A stretch of DNA of 40,490 nt. Source: Kudoa neothunni. Lineage: Eukaryota; Animalia; Cnidaria. The notes under the pieces are model-generated. The model was not told where the DNA came from. It was given only the letters and a program-made list of their open reading frames with translations, and did no database searches. A program made the translations under genes and the position numbers. The first letter of the stretch is position 1; each line of letters opens with the position of its first letter. Shown piece by piece: positions 13,319 to 25,700 of the stretch. Location of the stretch: contig OZ199840.1 in NCBI GenBank assembly GCA_964304625.1, positions 9,120,192 through 9,160,681 of the forward strand. The letters are read 5' to 3'.

Positions 13319-13639
13319 TGAACGCGCATGTGCACCTACCAATAAATTATGATACGCACAGTTAAGACTCATTTTTCGAAATTCCCTCGAGAAAGACAAA
13401 AAAAAATTTTAAAACTACCTGATTGGGTTAAAATTTCAAAAATTATAGTCGTGTTAAATGCTCATTGGATTTACACGATTAATAGCAGTTTTCTCTCTTG
13501 TTGACCCCTTCGAATTATCTAAATTTCCTAAAACTGAGTATATTCGTATACAGTTTCTTATACTGTATGCCTGTCAAATAAGTTTGAAATATCGTTAATG
13601 AATGAAAAATAAAATAAAAATTATACATTTGGTACTTTT

Positions 13640-14650
13640 GTGGTCTAATTGACCCCATAATTTTATTTTATCATTTTATGTACAAAATTATAATAAACTG
13701 GAATTGCGAATATTAGCAAAATCTATCGACGAAATAAAGAGACAAATGAGATATACTTTCCTGCGAGTTTATACGACTATACACGAACCGAGATTATTAC
13801 GGAAATTTGTCCTTGTGGAGGCCTTCAACGAAATATATTCCGCCTATTATAATTCCGATTTCTGAAAAATCAGATGAATCGATGATTCTACTGATTCTAC
13901 CATTGATTTATCTAAATATTATGACAACAATCTTATCTGGGCTGCAGAAGCATTGAAAACCTCCAAAATATTAAAAGCCAACTTTTAAAGGAAGGCCTTA
14001 TGAATGTTGCAGTTCAGAGAATCTTTCATATAACAGATTTTTTGACATATTTGTTAGTGACAATTTTTACAGAAATGTTGCGTGTAATGCTAATATGCTT
14101 GACTTTCATTATTATAATCTTATGATCATTGTTGCTAAGAGCTTTCAGCTATTGAGAATGATTCTTACCGTAGCTAGAACATTTTGGGCTAATAAGAAGA
14201 ATGCTCCGCGTGTAATGGAAAAAAATAAAACAGGGGGATTATTTTGCACACTTTTTCTGTTAAATGAAAAGAAATTCTAGCTTTTTAGTCCCTAAAATAA
14301 TAAGGGTTTATTAATTTTAGCCAATTCAAACAGATTATACAAATATATCGAACTATGAAAGAAAGAAAGAAACCAGGTAACATCAATTATTTTAACAAAA
14401 TTAACCCCCGATGATTCTGGGATAGAATCTACACCAATGCGATTTTAAAATTCATATATCTCATTATGTTGGAAATGTTCGCGTTTAAGATTCTATGCAT
14501 TCCTGGGTAATTATAAAACCTGTGACATCTGAAAAAACACTTCTTGGAGCATTTTTTGGTCGCTAATTTTTTTACGATTCTTATTAATAAACTAAATAAA
14601 CAAATATGGAGAGAAAAATCGTCCCCCTGTGTAATCTCCCCTTTGTTTAC
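13640..14650 (+). mobile_element. Decayed piggyBac transposase remnant
   Basis: Frameshifted fragments IWAAEA, VSDNFY, VAKSFQLLRMILTVARTFWANKKNAPRVM and SP*NNKGLLIL follow the order of piggyBac motifs (K-W, DNFFT...LTxVGTLRxNKxxxP, PKKNKxVLLLS). Termini were not clearly found, so boundaries are approximate. Confidence 0.68.
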
Positions 14651-15417
14651 AAAAACTTACCGGTTTCATTATTTGTCACATATTTCAACGTATTCGATAT
14701 ATTAAGTCACTTAAATTATTTTTTAAGATAATTTAAGTTTAAGTGCTCATTATAATGGTGTTACATTTTACAAACTGAGCGAATCAATTTGCTCATATCC
14801 AATCGATGAAATCTAAATCTCATTGCGATTTATTATGCTAAAACATGATGTTTAGTTTTTAATTTTGTTTCGTAAATTTATATTTACTGGATAAAGTATC
14901 ATACACAAGTTTTTGAATTACTCTATTTGAGTAAATGTAAAAAATCTGAAACGTTGAAAAAATCGTTTTTTAATAGCATTTAATAACTGATTTTATGTAA
15001 ATATAATAGTTTGTCGAGAATGTGAATGTAGAATTATTCAAGTACAATAAATGAACTAAATAATTTTTTGAATTCCCCGTCAAATAATCCTTATCAGATA
15101 TCAAAATCTCCATGTAAGTGAATATAAAAGTAATATTTTTTTATATTCAAAATTTCTGTCATATTTTTTAATGACATTATTCAGCTGGCAGATTTTCTAA
15201 GTGTACACAAACATTTAATTATTTTTATATAAAAATTATTAAAATTTTGCCTTAACTAAATTCAGAAAATGTTAGTGTATCTAATGAATTCTTAAATAAC
15301 TAACCTATCGTTATTGGAATAGTTGATTTGTCTATTTGTGTTAACATCGACTTTTTGAACATAGAAAAAAAACAAAAATATGAATATTTTCAATAATCTA
15401 ATTATAACAAAGATAAA

Positions 15418-15870
15418 TTATTCTAAAATGTTGTTGAGAAGATTTATTTCTTCGCCCATGATAAATCGGTACCATTCTTCAATAAAGTATTCCTCAAGAT
15501 TTGAGAATGATACCCCCCGTTTTATGCAAAGTAATTTTGTTTTTTGCCTCCCCCGGCATCCGTCGATAGTATTTGTATGGGCATCATTCTGCACATTTCC
15601 CCTTGAGTGGTTGACCTTAACATGATCATAGCCAAGCTCACGTATACCATTATAGGTGGCCATTCATCATCACTGGATATGGTTGACCCTTTTTGGATTT
15701 CTCTTTCGATGATGGTCAAAAGTGTCGCCGAATTCCGCTTCTCTACATAGAAGTACCTCACTTCTACGAGCCCATGTCGGCAAGTTTACGCTGAGCCAAT
15801 CCGAAAATACAAGGAACGTCAACCCTTCCATCATATTTTCCTCTCCTTAGTGCAGCATCTATTTACATTA
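15418..15870 (-). mobile_element. Merlin / ISXO2-like (IS1595 family) transposase remnant, frameshifted
   Basis: YFYVEKRNSATLLTIIEREIQKGSTISSD.EW / YNGIRELGYDHVKVNHS...AHTNTIDGC...K...RGVS..NLEEYFIEEWYR matches the DDE_Tnp_IS1595 signature (R..TL..I...G.I.SD.W.AY..L....H..VNHS...HTNTIE..W..K). It is split across two frames. Confidence 0.88.
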
Positions 15871-16761
15871 TTTAATCAAGTAATGACATCATAAAGTATT
15901 GTAGAAGGATTAATCAAAAAAATTCAACTTCTGTGAGGAAATAATCGTTACCACTTCCATCGTCGGCATCTATTAAGTAAAAGGAATACGTTATATAAAT
16001 AATTATATCAAATTCGAGATTTGGTACCTGACTTTAAAAATTCTTTATTTTAGGAGTTTTCCATACGTCTCATTGAAGATACCGACCTCGATTATTTTTT
16101 CTTTTTCCGTGGAGGAGGCATTCATCAATTTCTACCATGAAAACTTCCCCGACAAGTTTGTTTTTGTTCTCGAAGGGTGATTTGCAGAGTTGTCAGATTT
16201 TGCTTAACCACTCTGAAACTGTAAGCATATTTAACCCATTTTTTTGTTGTCTTTTAAATAGTTTCATCTCCCGAACCCGCGATATAATATTTTAAAATTA
16301 TACAATGTTATAGAAGTTATTCAAGACCATGAAATATAAATATTATTTCTCTCTCTGTACCATTAGACATACAAATAGGAAAGGATTAAACATGAGTTAT
16401 TAGTTTTTATCTGTAAATATATTTAAATCTTAAAGAAAAATATTCATGGGATTATTATGTTTTTGTCGATTAATTGCAATATGTCGATTTTGATTTTGAT
16501 TATGATACCCTATAAATCAGAAATGTATTGATAAATTAACAAAACCACACATTATTAAATTGTGTGAGTATTATTTTGTTATTTTCTGGGAATATATAAT
16601 ATTTAATTTAAATAATACTAAATATATATTAAGGTGATTACATATATAAAAATATTATGACGTGATTGGTTACTAATCAATAATGGGCGCATAAAATTAG
16701 ATTCAATTCAAATACTAATTCCTAAAATTCCATCGAAACAAATTACTAAACTTTTATAGAA

Positions 16762-19700
16762 CTATCTACTAGTAATAGATCTGGTGCGTCGTCTATTGGC
16801 ACGATTTCTTCTGAGGTTTCTTGTTTTAACTCCAAAATGTTGACGAGTTATAGGTTTTTGGATGTGTCTAATAGCGTAGGACGATCTATCCGACATCATT
16901 GGGACGTATTTGGTCTTGTCGGAAACAAGTTTAAGAGAGAATCTCTCAAATTTGTTCATTCTCACCATTGGTTTATTCAAAACTAAACCAATCGAAATTT
17001 GCACACACAGAATAAATAAAAAATGTTACGTTGTGTTAGAGCAGCTTGAATTCTTATGAGACAATTTTGAATTATTGATTCCGAGCAACCAAATGCTAAC
17101 TCGTCCGACGAAGCCATATTTGATAGTTCCAATTGGTTGAAATTATGACCAATACCAACCGTCACAATGGTAACTCCAAAGTTTTTGATGAGGTTGCTGT
17201 AGTAGGTGGGATTTGTGGTGGATGGTCTGCTGCTGAGTACAAACAATAATGTCTGTCTTTTACGAATGTATCGGTTGGTTAGTATTCTTTGGTGGACGTA
17301 GCGAAGAAGATTACGGAGGTTTGGTTGAGGGGAGTATCTTTTGGTGTACACGTAACGCCTGTTGTAACGCGCGATGGCTAGAATTCCTCTTGGCAGTTTT
17401 TTGTACGTGTATTGACGATAAATATTTCGATGGAACGAAACAAGTGTTACACGTACTCTGGAAGTGTGGAACATTGCGATTATTTCGGAGGCTGTCTGTC
17501 TAACCACATGGAAGTTCGTTTTTTGACTTATATCTACTGCCACGATCACATTCAAAAATCCTGTTATAGTTTCATAGGAAATGCTGTTGGTAAGGACATC
17601 GTAACGATTGAGTTGTTGGAGGTTTTGAACATTTGTCATTCCAAAAATGGAGAGGAAAGAATCTAAATAAACAGATGTTGATGTTTTGGTGGTTCAGTGA
17701 AATTACTTGATGGTGTAGGTTCCACATCCGCATATTTCCTAAAGATTGCATCTCCAGTTGATGAGTAATATTTTCTAAATGGTTCAACTGTGTATGTGTA
17801 TTTGTTTTCGTAACCAAAATCTGAGGATAAATCGCTTTGAACTCTGGTGAATCGACGGGAAATTGAATTATATCTTATTTTGTAATATCTCATAGATATT
17901 CTTTTGAATATTCTATCATATCTTCGATTTGCTATGTAATTTTCTAAATAAAATTATCAGCACTACGACAATTAGGAAGTGAGTTGAGTTTACTTGTGTA
18001 TATAAATGTGTATAATTTAATTCCTTGGAATTTCAAATGTCCACTAATACGATCCAATTCCCTTACATTTGAGTTGTAATATCGATGACGGTATCGGTCG
18101 GTGGGATAGCCAGCCAAAATCAAAAATATCACTTTCGGCCAATGTCCCTTTGATCGACTGAAAAAGTTTGATCTCGATTTCAAATAATAGATAATATTTC
18201 TAATTGTTCTCGAACGATAGCGCAACCTTATCACTCGTCTTCTCAGTTTGGGACGAGCTGCCGCTCTGTACTTGTCTTTGTTGACATTCATTTCATTGAC
18301 CAACTTTGCTATCTCCGCCTTAGACGCATCATCCACGTAATTTTTGCCTGGAGATGGGCGCGCCAACTTTTTCCTCCTATAAACAATCTTGCGTGCCCTC
18401 ACTCTGGGTCTTGGTTTTTTCACGATTGGTACAACAACTTTTTCAGATGGTAAATTGTTAATGCCACGTAGATATAAGTCCGGTTTAGGTTTCAATCTTG
18501 CCATTCTATGTGGTCTCAAACCAACTGAAACGTCTTGAAAATTCGCAGGATTTAGTTTGTCGATTCCTAGGTTAGTATTGATTAATATTACCAGGTTTTG
18601 TAAATTCAAACAAAAAACTTTTTTGATGCTTAATTTAATTTTTACATCTTTAAAAATGGTGTAAAATAAAATTTGGATAGTCTAAATTTTAAAAGAAGTA
18701 TAATTAATTTATATTAAACATTTAAAAATTTACTTTAATCCAAAATTGTAATATTTTTATTTATATGAATGAATAACAGGAAAAATTAAAAATAAAGTTA
18801 TTAATTAAATTAGTTTATTAGATTTTTGGTATCTCTTATAGGTTGTGAAAAAACTACTTAAAATTAATTACGCCGTTTTCACGCGATTTTGGAACTGCTT
18901 ATGTAATAACATAGATAATAGTTAATTAATATAATAAAGACTAAAAACTTATTATTTACGTAATCTGAACAAATTTTAAAAGAAATTCAAATATATCTTT
19001 CTCCAAGTACTCTAGCAGGACTGTTACATCATATTTGTGAATATTGATAAATCTTTTTAATTCTATTAAATATAATAAGTTGCAATAACAACACCGCCAA
19101 ATATTCGGAAAATTTAGATTTCTTTTTTTAAAAGTCATCAGGGTGAATATGAAGGTTATATTAAGTGTCCCACAGTAGAAGATTCATCCCTGTTTAAAGT
19201 GGATTATCGCAACATTGATTAAGTTAAATGTAATTAATCCTCCAACTATCTTTGGGTTAAAAATAACTCCCGTTTTTTCTACTCACACTGTTTAAAAAAT
19301 TAATTCAAAATGAATCTAAAAGTAAAAATAAATTCCATGGCTGAATTTTATAGAAAAATGGTAATTTTTACAATAACAAATCTTCAATAATCCGACTCGC
19401 TTAACTCGGCTTTTATTCGTAAAGTGTCGTTAAAAAATAACCGCTGTAAACGTAGTTTTTCACCTTTTAAACCCCGATTACCGATTAACGATATTTAATA
19501 ATATAATATTCGACAAAAATTTTATAATTATTGCATTGTTATCTACTAGCTCATTGACAATGACTTCAATTTTAGTACACCACCAAAACCTTTCGAAGTG
19601 TACAATAATCACATCGATTTGGATTAATGGGGTTTAAATGAAGAAAGTGGTTCGGATTTTCTCAAAATTAATGTGATAAAATTTTTAAAATTAGATAAAT

Positions 19701-22700
19701 AATTTTGCTGAAATATTAATTGATAAAAACTGGGATTATTCCCGCCCTATAAACAATGGATAATTCGTTGGAGGGTGATTACTTTCGAATAAAAGAGAGT
19801 TATTTAAGTTTCTCAACAAAATAGCCCAAGAAAAGTGCGAAAAACACGTGACAGTAATTATGAATAATCCTTATCTATTTCCATATATATATATATATAT
19901 AAATCTGATCTAAATTTTTCAATTAATATATTTAGAAAATATTATATATATGATAAATTCAACTATTCAAAGTTTATCTATTTTAATAGTTAAGTTGAAT
20001 TTTTCGCGGATTGTATAAAATGTTTAAAAAAATGAGATTATAATATTCTTATTATTTTCAACACTTAAAATTCAAATATTTTCTATATATGATGAAAATT
20101 TTAATACCATCTGATCGAATAATTTAATGTTAATGTAAATTATCATACTTGGCGTCCTAATTCTAGGCTTTCTTCGTTGTGACAAGCCTACATTGGTGAG
20201 TAATTTTTTAGCGAGTGGAATACTTCTGAATGGATTTAACAATGGAGTTCGTATATTTTTGTTCACGTTTGTTACTCCTCTCGGCCTGTAGTTCGGATAT
20301 CCATATAGAGATCTCTTGAAGTTTTCGGATGAATGTGGGTTAGTGGGCTATATAACCGTTAAAATACTTTACGAATACTTTCATAAATATTTACAGTATC
20401 TCTTATATTTGATGGATTTTCTATCACCTCTTTGCGAGAACGACGTAGCAACTTGAAGGGTCGACGACCTCTTCGTCTATTTCTAGGACGTCTACGCCTT
20501 CTCCTTCTATATATTCTTCGTTTGACACTGTTCGAAATGAGGGACTGGAATGCAAATATTTTGTCGGATTCGCTTCTATAGTAGGTCATTAAACGCAGTA
20601 GACGAGAGAGTTTGCTGGTAAGTCCCAACACATCCAGCGACATTCTGGTGTAAGGGTCAAATAAACGTAGTATATTATGGCCTAATTTGATGTTGTAATC
20701 AGGAGATGCGGTTGTGTCGATTAGAAAAGCTGCTTCGATTGGATTGAAAGAGAAACTCAATTTGTACATATTTTTATTGTTCCATATCCATGTTTTGGCG
20801 ATTTGTCGATCAGACAAAGTTGAAGCAATTGAGTATTTTTTATTGACAACACCACAAACACTTCTCATAATTGCAATAATTCGATTTGCAGATTTGATCA
20901 TATGGTTAGGATTCATTACGAATGATAGGTATTTAGATCCTGACATAAATAACACTTGGTTAGATGGAACTTGGTTGTCCACATTGAAAGCGAAAACTCT
21001 AACCCCACTCTTCAACAACAACAGTGACGGTAATTGGAAGTTATCCAATGATTTCCCCCTCATAAAAACCAATAAAACTTTCGGTAGGCCCGGCATACCA
21101 TATGCAAATTGGTCTTGAGCTGCAAACAAAGCTTCGGCTAAATTTGAACTTTTTCCTGCACCTTTTTCTCTGTATCTCGTGGCACTCATCTTAAAGAAAT
21201 ATACAAGTGCAGATTTTATAAATAAAGTACCATTTGTTCTAAGACATTATTGATGTCTTCATCGCTGTTGAACATTCGGAATCTATTCACTAATTTGATG
21301 TTTTTACCGTACGCCAAGATTGATATATAGTTATCATATTTTGTGAAAGATTTCAAAATTCCATAGAGAGTAGTTTTGATTCTTCTTTTTACTTGTAGGG
21401 GCATATTTCTATCGACTAAAACAACTGTGTTTGCTTTTCCCAATACTAAACATATCTATTAGATGTAAGGATACAATATACAGCTACAATTTTTGTATCC
21501 AAAGTTAAATTTTCTGTACGCAAATCCGACAGACGCCCTTCGTCGTCGTTGTCTACGTTGTCTACGTCTTCGGCGACGATATCTTCTAATTGGTCTCCTT
21601 CTTCTAAGCACTCTTCTAGTTGTTCTCGCCCTTCTCCTTCTTCCTATTGTATGTATTCTTCTGAAAACTCTATTTGATCGGGTTCCAGTTGTTGGACGCC
21701 TAGCAAAAGCTCTTCTGATTTTAGATCCAATGTTCCTCAAACTAAATCTTCTAAGCAGACCTGAAGTACGTAAATGTGATAGCCTATTTCTATTTGTGGG
21801 ACGCACAATATCTTGACGTCTAAATCGTGACCTAATCGAAGCGAATTTATCTCGAACACGCTTAGAAGGCATAATTCTTTTTAATATATTTCGATTCCAT
21901 CGACTTCTTCTTGGGCTGGCCAACCTTGTTTTACGTAAAGGTGACCGTTGTGGACGCCTTAGTATTCGTGATATTTTTGGTACATTTATATTTAGTCGTC
22001 GTGTTGGTCTTCTTCTTCTCCGACGCACCTTTCGTCTTCGTGGTCGACGTAATTTCCTTGGTCTACGTCTTCTCGATAGTCTTCTTACAATCCTTCGTTG
22101 TACAGGGCCTCTGTCAATCGTTAAATGATTGATTCCACGTTGAGCGCCAAACTCTAAAGATGTTTTATTTAACAAAAATTCGAAACCGATAACTAACCTC
22201 GTCTTAGTTGGTAATGTAACCTTCGCATGAGGTTGGGCTCAAAGAAAGAGTTGAAAGATGGTGAAAGGAACAATCTTGAAGGTGGTGCCAATAATCCAAG
22301 TGGAGCAGCTTGTTGTGAAAGGCCTGGCCCCAGAATATAAAGCTAATTATCATTTAATTTAAAAATTGGAATATCTCTATCAATGTTGTTACTTTCATTT
22401 GGGATCCTTTCACTAATTTGGAGAGGTCCCTGTATCCCATAAAATCCAGAACATTGTGGGTGAGTATAAGGAAAACGACAGTTTTTCGATTGAGATGACG
22501 TCTTCTAATTAATATTTTGGCTATTTTGAGAATAGATGGTACGGTGATAACACCTCGGCCGCGATATTGTGGAATTTCGTTTGTAATTTTCTAAACCGTT
22601 ATTTTCAAACAACCAAAAAATAATCATCCACTCACTTCGATGTCTTCCAAAACAGAGAACACCTTATTGTTGATAAATTGTTTTTCTCGGAATTGTGTTA

Positions 22701-25700
22701 ATAGTCGTATTGTTGATTTAGACAAGGATGCCGGGAATAAGGAAATAAGTTGATATATCAGCTTCTGGACCATCAAAAACTCCCCACGGTACAAAGAATC
22801 CACCAAAAATATACTATTTGTGGTTCGAATCGTGTTGTAATTCCACTGTTTCACAATTCTTTGCCAGTGTTGTGTGCTTTTAAATTTATCTGATCATCAA
22901 ATTTAGATCAACTATCACAATAATCCACTCACCATATAAGCTTTTTCGAGACAGCAGGTGACTGGTGACCTCATTCCTCTTATAAATTCGTGGTTCATTT
23001 ATGCCAATCAACTTTAACATATCAATATCATCTGATCGGTCAGCTGCTTTCCGGAGATCGCTTTTCCATGCGGTGATAGTGTTGTCTATCTTTACCAGAT
23101 CACCTTTGATAAATCTTAAATTTTTCGACCCTAAAGTTACAAAATTAATTTATTTACTTAAGTACAAATCAATCACATTCCAGCATAATTCGTTGGATTT
23201 CTTGGAGAAAACCATGTTTCAGATGTATCATTTGGCTCTCATTATTTTCCGATTTCGTCCATCCTCCCAACACTACCTGCTTATAATTGCTCAAAAAGAA
23301 TATGCGTTGAGGGTAAGTGATATTGGTCATGTGGCATAGGTCATAGTTATCTCCAAATTGAATTATATATATCTTTATCAATAAAAAATATTACAGCATA
23401 TATATATATATATATAAAAATTCACAACCAAAATCTATATTATATTCCTATTTTTTTATATTGTTCATTTCAACCTCCAACTTATGATCAGCTTAAAGGC
23501 CTAACTGAAAATTAATTTAATAAATTAATTCAATATTTTTTTTATCTACAAAATTATATTTATATTAGTTTTTTTAAGTTATGCGAACATGAACTTTATC
23601 AATCAATTTTAACTGAGAAAAACCTACTAGTTTTATTTACTTTTATAAAAATACATTAAATAAAGGAATAGATCCAAAAATTTTATCTATACAACAATAA
23701 AATAAATATAAATTATTTATATCTGAAATCTGTGTAGTTTATTTGACGGTAAATTTAATCTTTAATAATGCTTAAAAATGCTTTTACAATTTTTTATCGT
23801 GATAATCCTTAATTAGAGGTTAAAGATCAATTTAATTTTTGTATTTAACTAGAATAAAAACTAAACTGAATGGATTAAATTGGAACAAATAAAAACTTTT
23901 ATTATTTAACATAAATTGTAGTTTTCTGACAAAAATGTTTACCTTCTCCTGTCATACTAAAATAAGATTGTTTAATCTTTTTGTATTAAATTCCACCTCT
24001 TTAATTTTTATTGTTTGAAACGTGTAATTTATCTTTATAAATTTCTGCTAATCAGAAAAATATTTTTGTAAATTCAGCAGTATATTTGACTACTTTTAAG
24101 ATTTTATACATTAAAATAGTGAAGTTGGGCTTAATATCAAAGAAATGAATGAATTAATTAATTAATTACATAACAAAAAAGAAATAAAAAATTAGCCTAT
24201 ATATGAACCAAAATGGAAGCAGTTGTCTTAGCAATTTGTAGAGTAATGATAACTTAAAAATACTGATCTGAGAGATCGCGATGTCCATATAAAATAAAGA
24301 GGTCTAATAACTAAAACTTAATAGTATTTCGTGAGTTATTTGTAGATATTCTCGATGAGAATATTTTTTAATATTTATGCATAATTTAATATATATAATT
24401 TATTAAGTTGCCGTTTTAGATATTATTTAATGATATTTTTATCTCAGTATTAATAAAAGTACAGTTATGAAATAGGATATGTTTAAAATGAGATTATAAT
24501 TTTGTATAAATTATATATCCAGCCTTATTTATTTTTGCGCATGCCTACATATAAAACTTAGCTATTTAATGATTTAATCGCATAAATTGAGTTTAAAAAT
24601 AACTGTGTTTATTTAGAATTTAAGCAAATTTGTTATTATAAATAGAGAAAAATTGTTCAAATCTATTTAAAACAATTAAAGATCTATGGAAAGTAATTAT
24701 TGCATTTTAGAAATATCAATACTTTAGTTCTGTTTTAAGATGCCGTTAACAAAATAAAGATATCAAAAACAGTAATTTCAAATTTTCCCCCTTAACCTAG
24801 AAACAAAACTCATATTTAATTTAAGGTTTTATAGTGGTTTAACTAAGGCAATGGCTATTGAAACGGCAAATTCTAACTCTTTATGAATATACGCATGCGT
24901 TGTGTGAAGTTTTAATCCCATTAATTTTTATTATATTAGATCAATTCTTCATTCCTACAAGTCAGAAATAGCTAAAAATAGACAATACTAATGTTACTTA
25001 AATATTATTTACAATGCAAATAATCACGTTAAATATTATTAATAATATTAGGCCACATCACTAAAAATTAAACGAGGCACCAAAGAAAGAGACTGAGAAT
25101 AATTTTATAGATAGCTATTAAAAACGTATTTCCAACAACATTTGAAGCATTTCTGCCAATTTTTTATTGAGTTTAAAATCGCCCTCATCTAATTTTGATG
25201 TTACTAAGGTCACATCCTGTGATTTAAAATTTCCCCCGGTTGAGAATTTCTGCCCTAGTCCAATGCTGTCGGATCAAAATTTAATCCAAGTAAGGAAGGG
25301 GGTTAGGGATGGAAATGGAAGATAAGCTAATGAGCTTTATAGTACAGATTTGGTGCCTTTCTTAAATAATGTGAAGTTAAATAAATATAAAATAACATAT
25401 TTATCATCTATTATTTATTAGTTTTAATTTTATTGGCCAATAAACTTTATTAATAAATCGCATTGTCACGTGGCTAACATTCAGAGAAAATTTTAATTTC
25501 ATTGGTATGGTTTAAATCTAAATATTTCAAGTAGCATGTTTTTTTAAATAAGTATACATTTATTTTGCACATAAATATTAAAATCACACTAATAAAAAAA
25601 ATAAGACGACTTATTGTATTAAAATATCGTTTTTTTTTAATTCATCATTCTAATAAGTTTTTAAATATGTATATTATATCTCAATGATGAAATGATTTAA

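Noticed and set aside
20714-22132. Plus-strand ORFs (20714-21118, 21493-21816, 21911-22132) with hydrophobic Leu/Val-rich translations
   Set aside because: They are antisense shadows of the Arg-rich and VWA exons on the minus strand.
21459-22175. Stand-alone protamine or viral capsid-like gene
   Set aside because: The segment is bounded by in-frame splice sites joining it to VWA exons on both sides and has no ATG start of its own.
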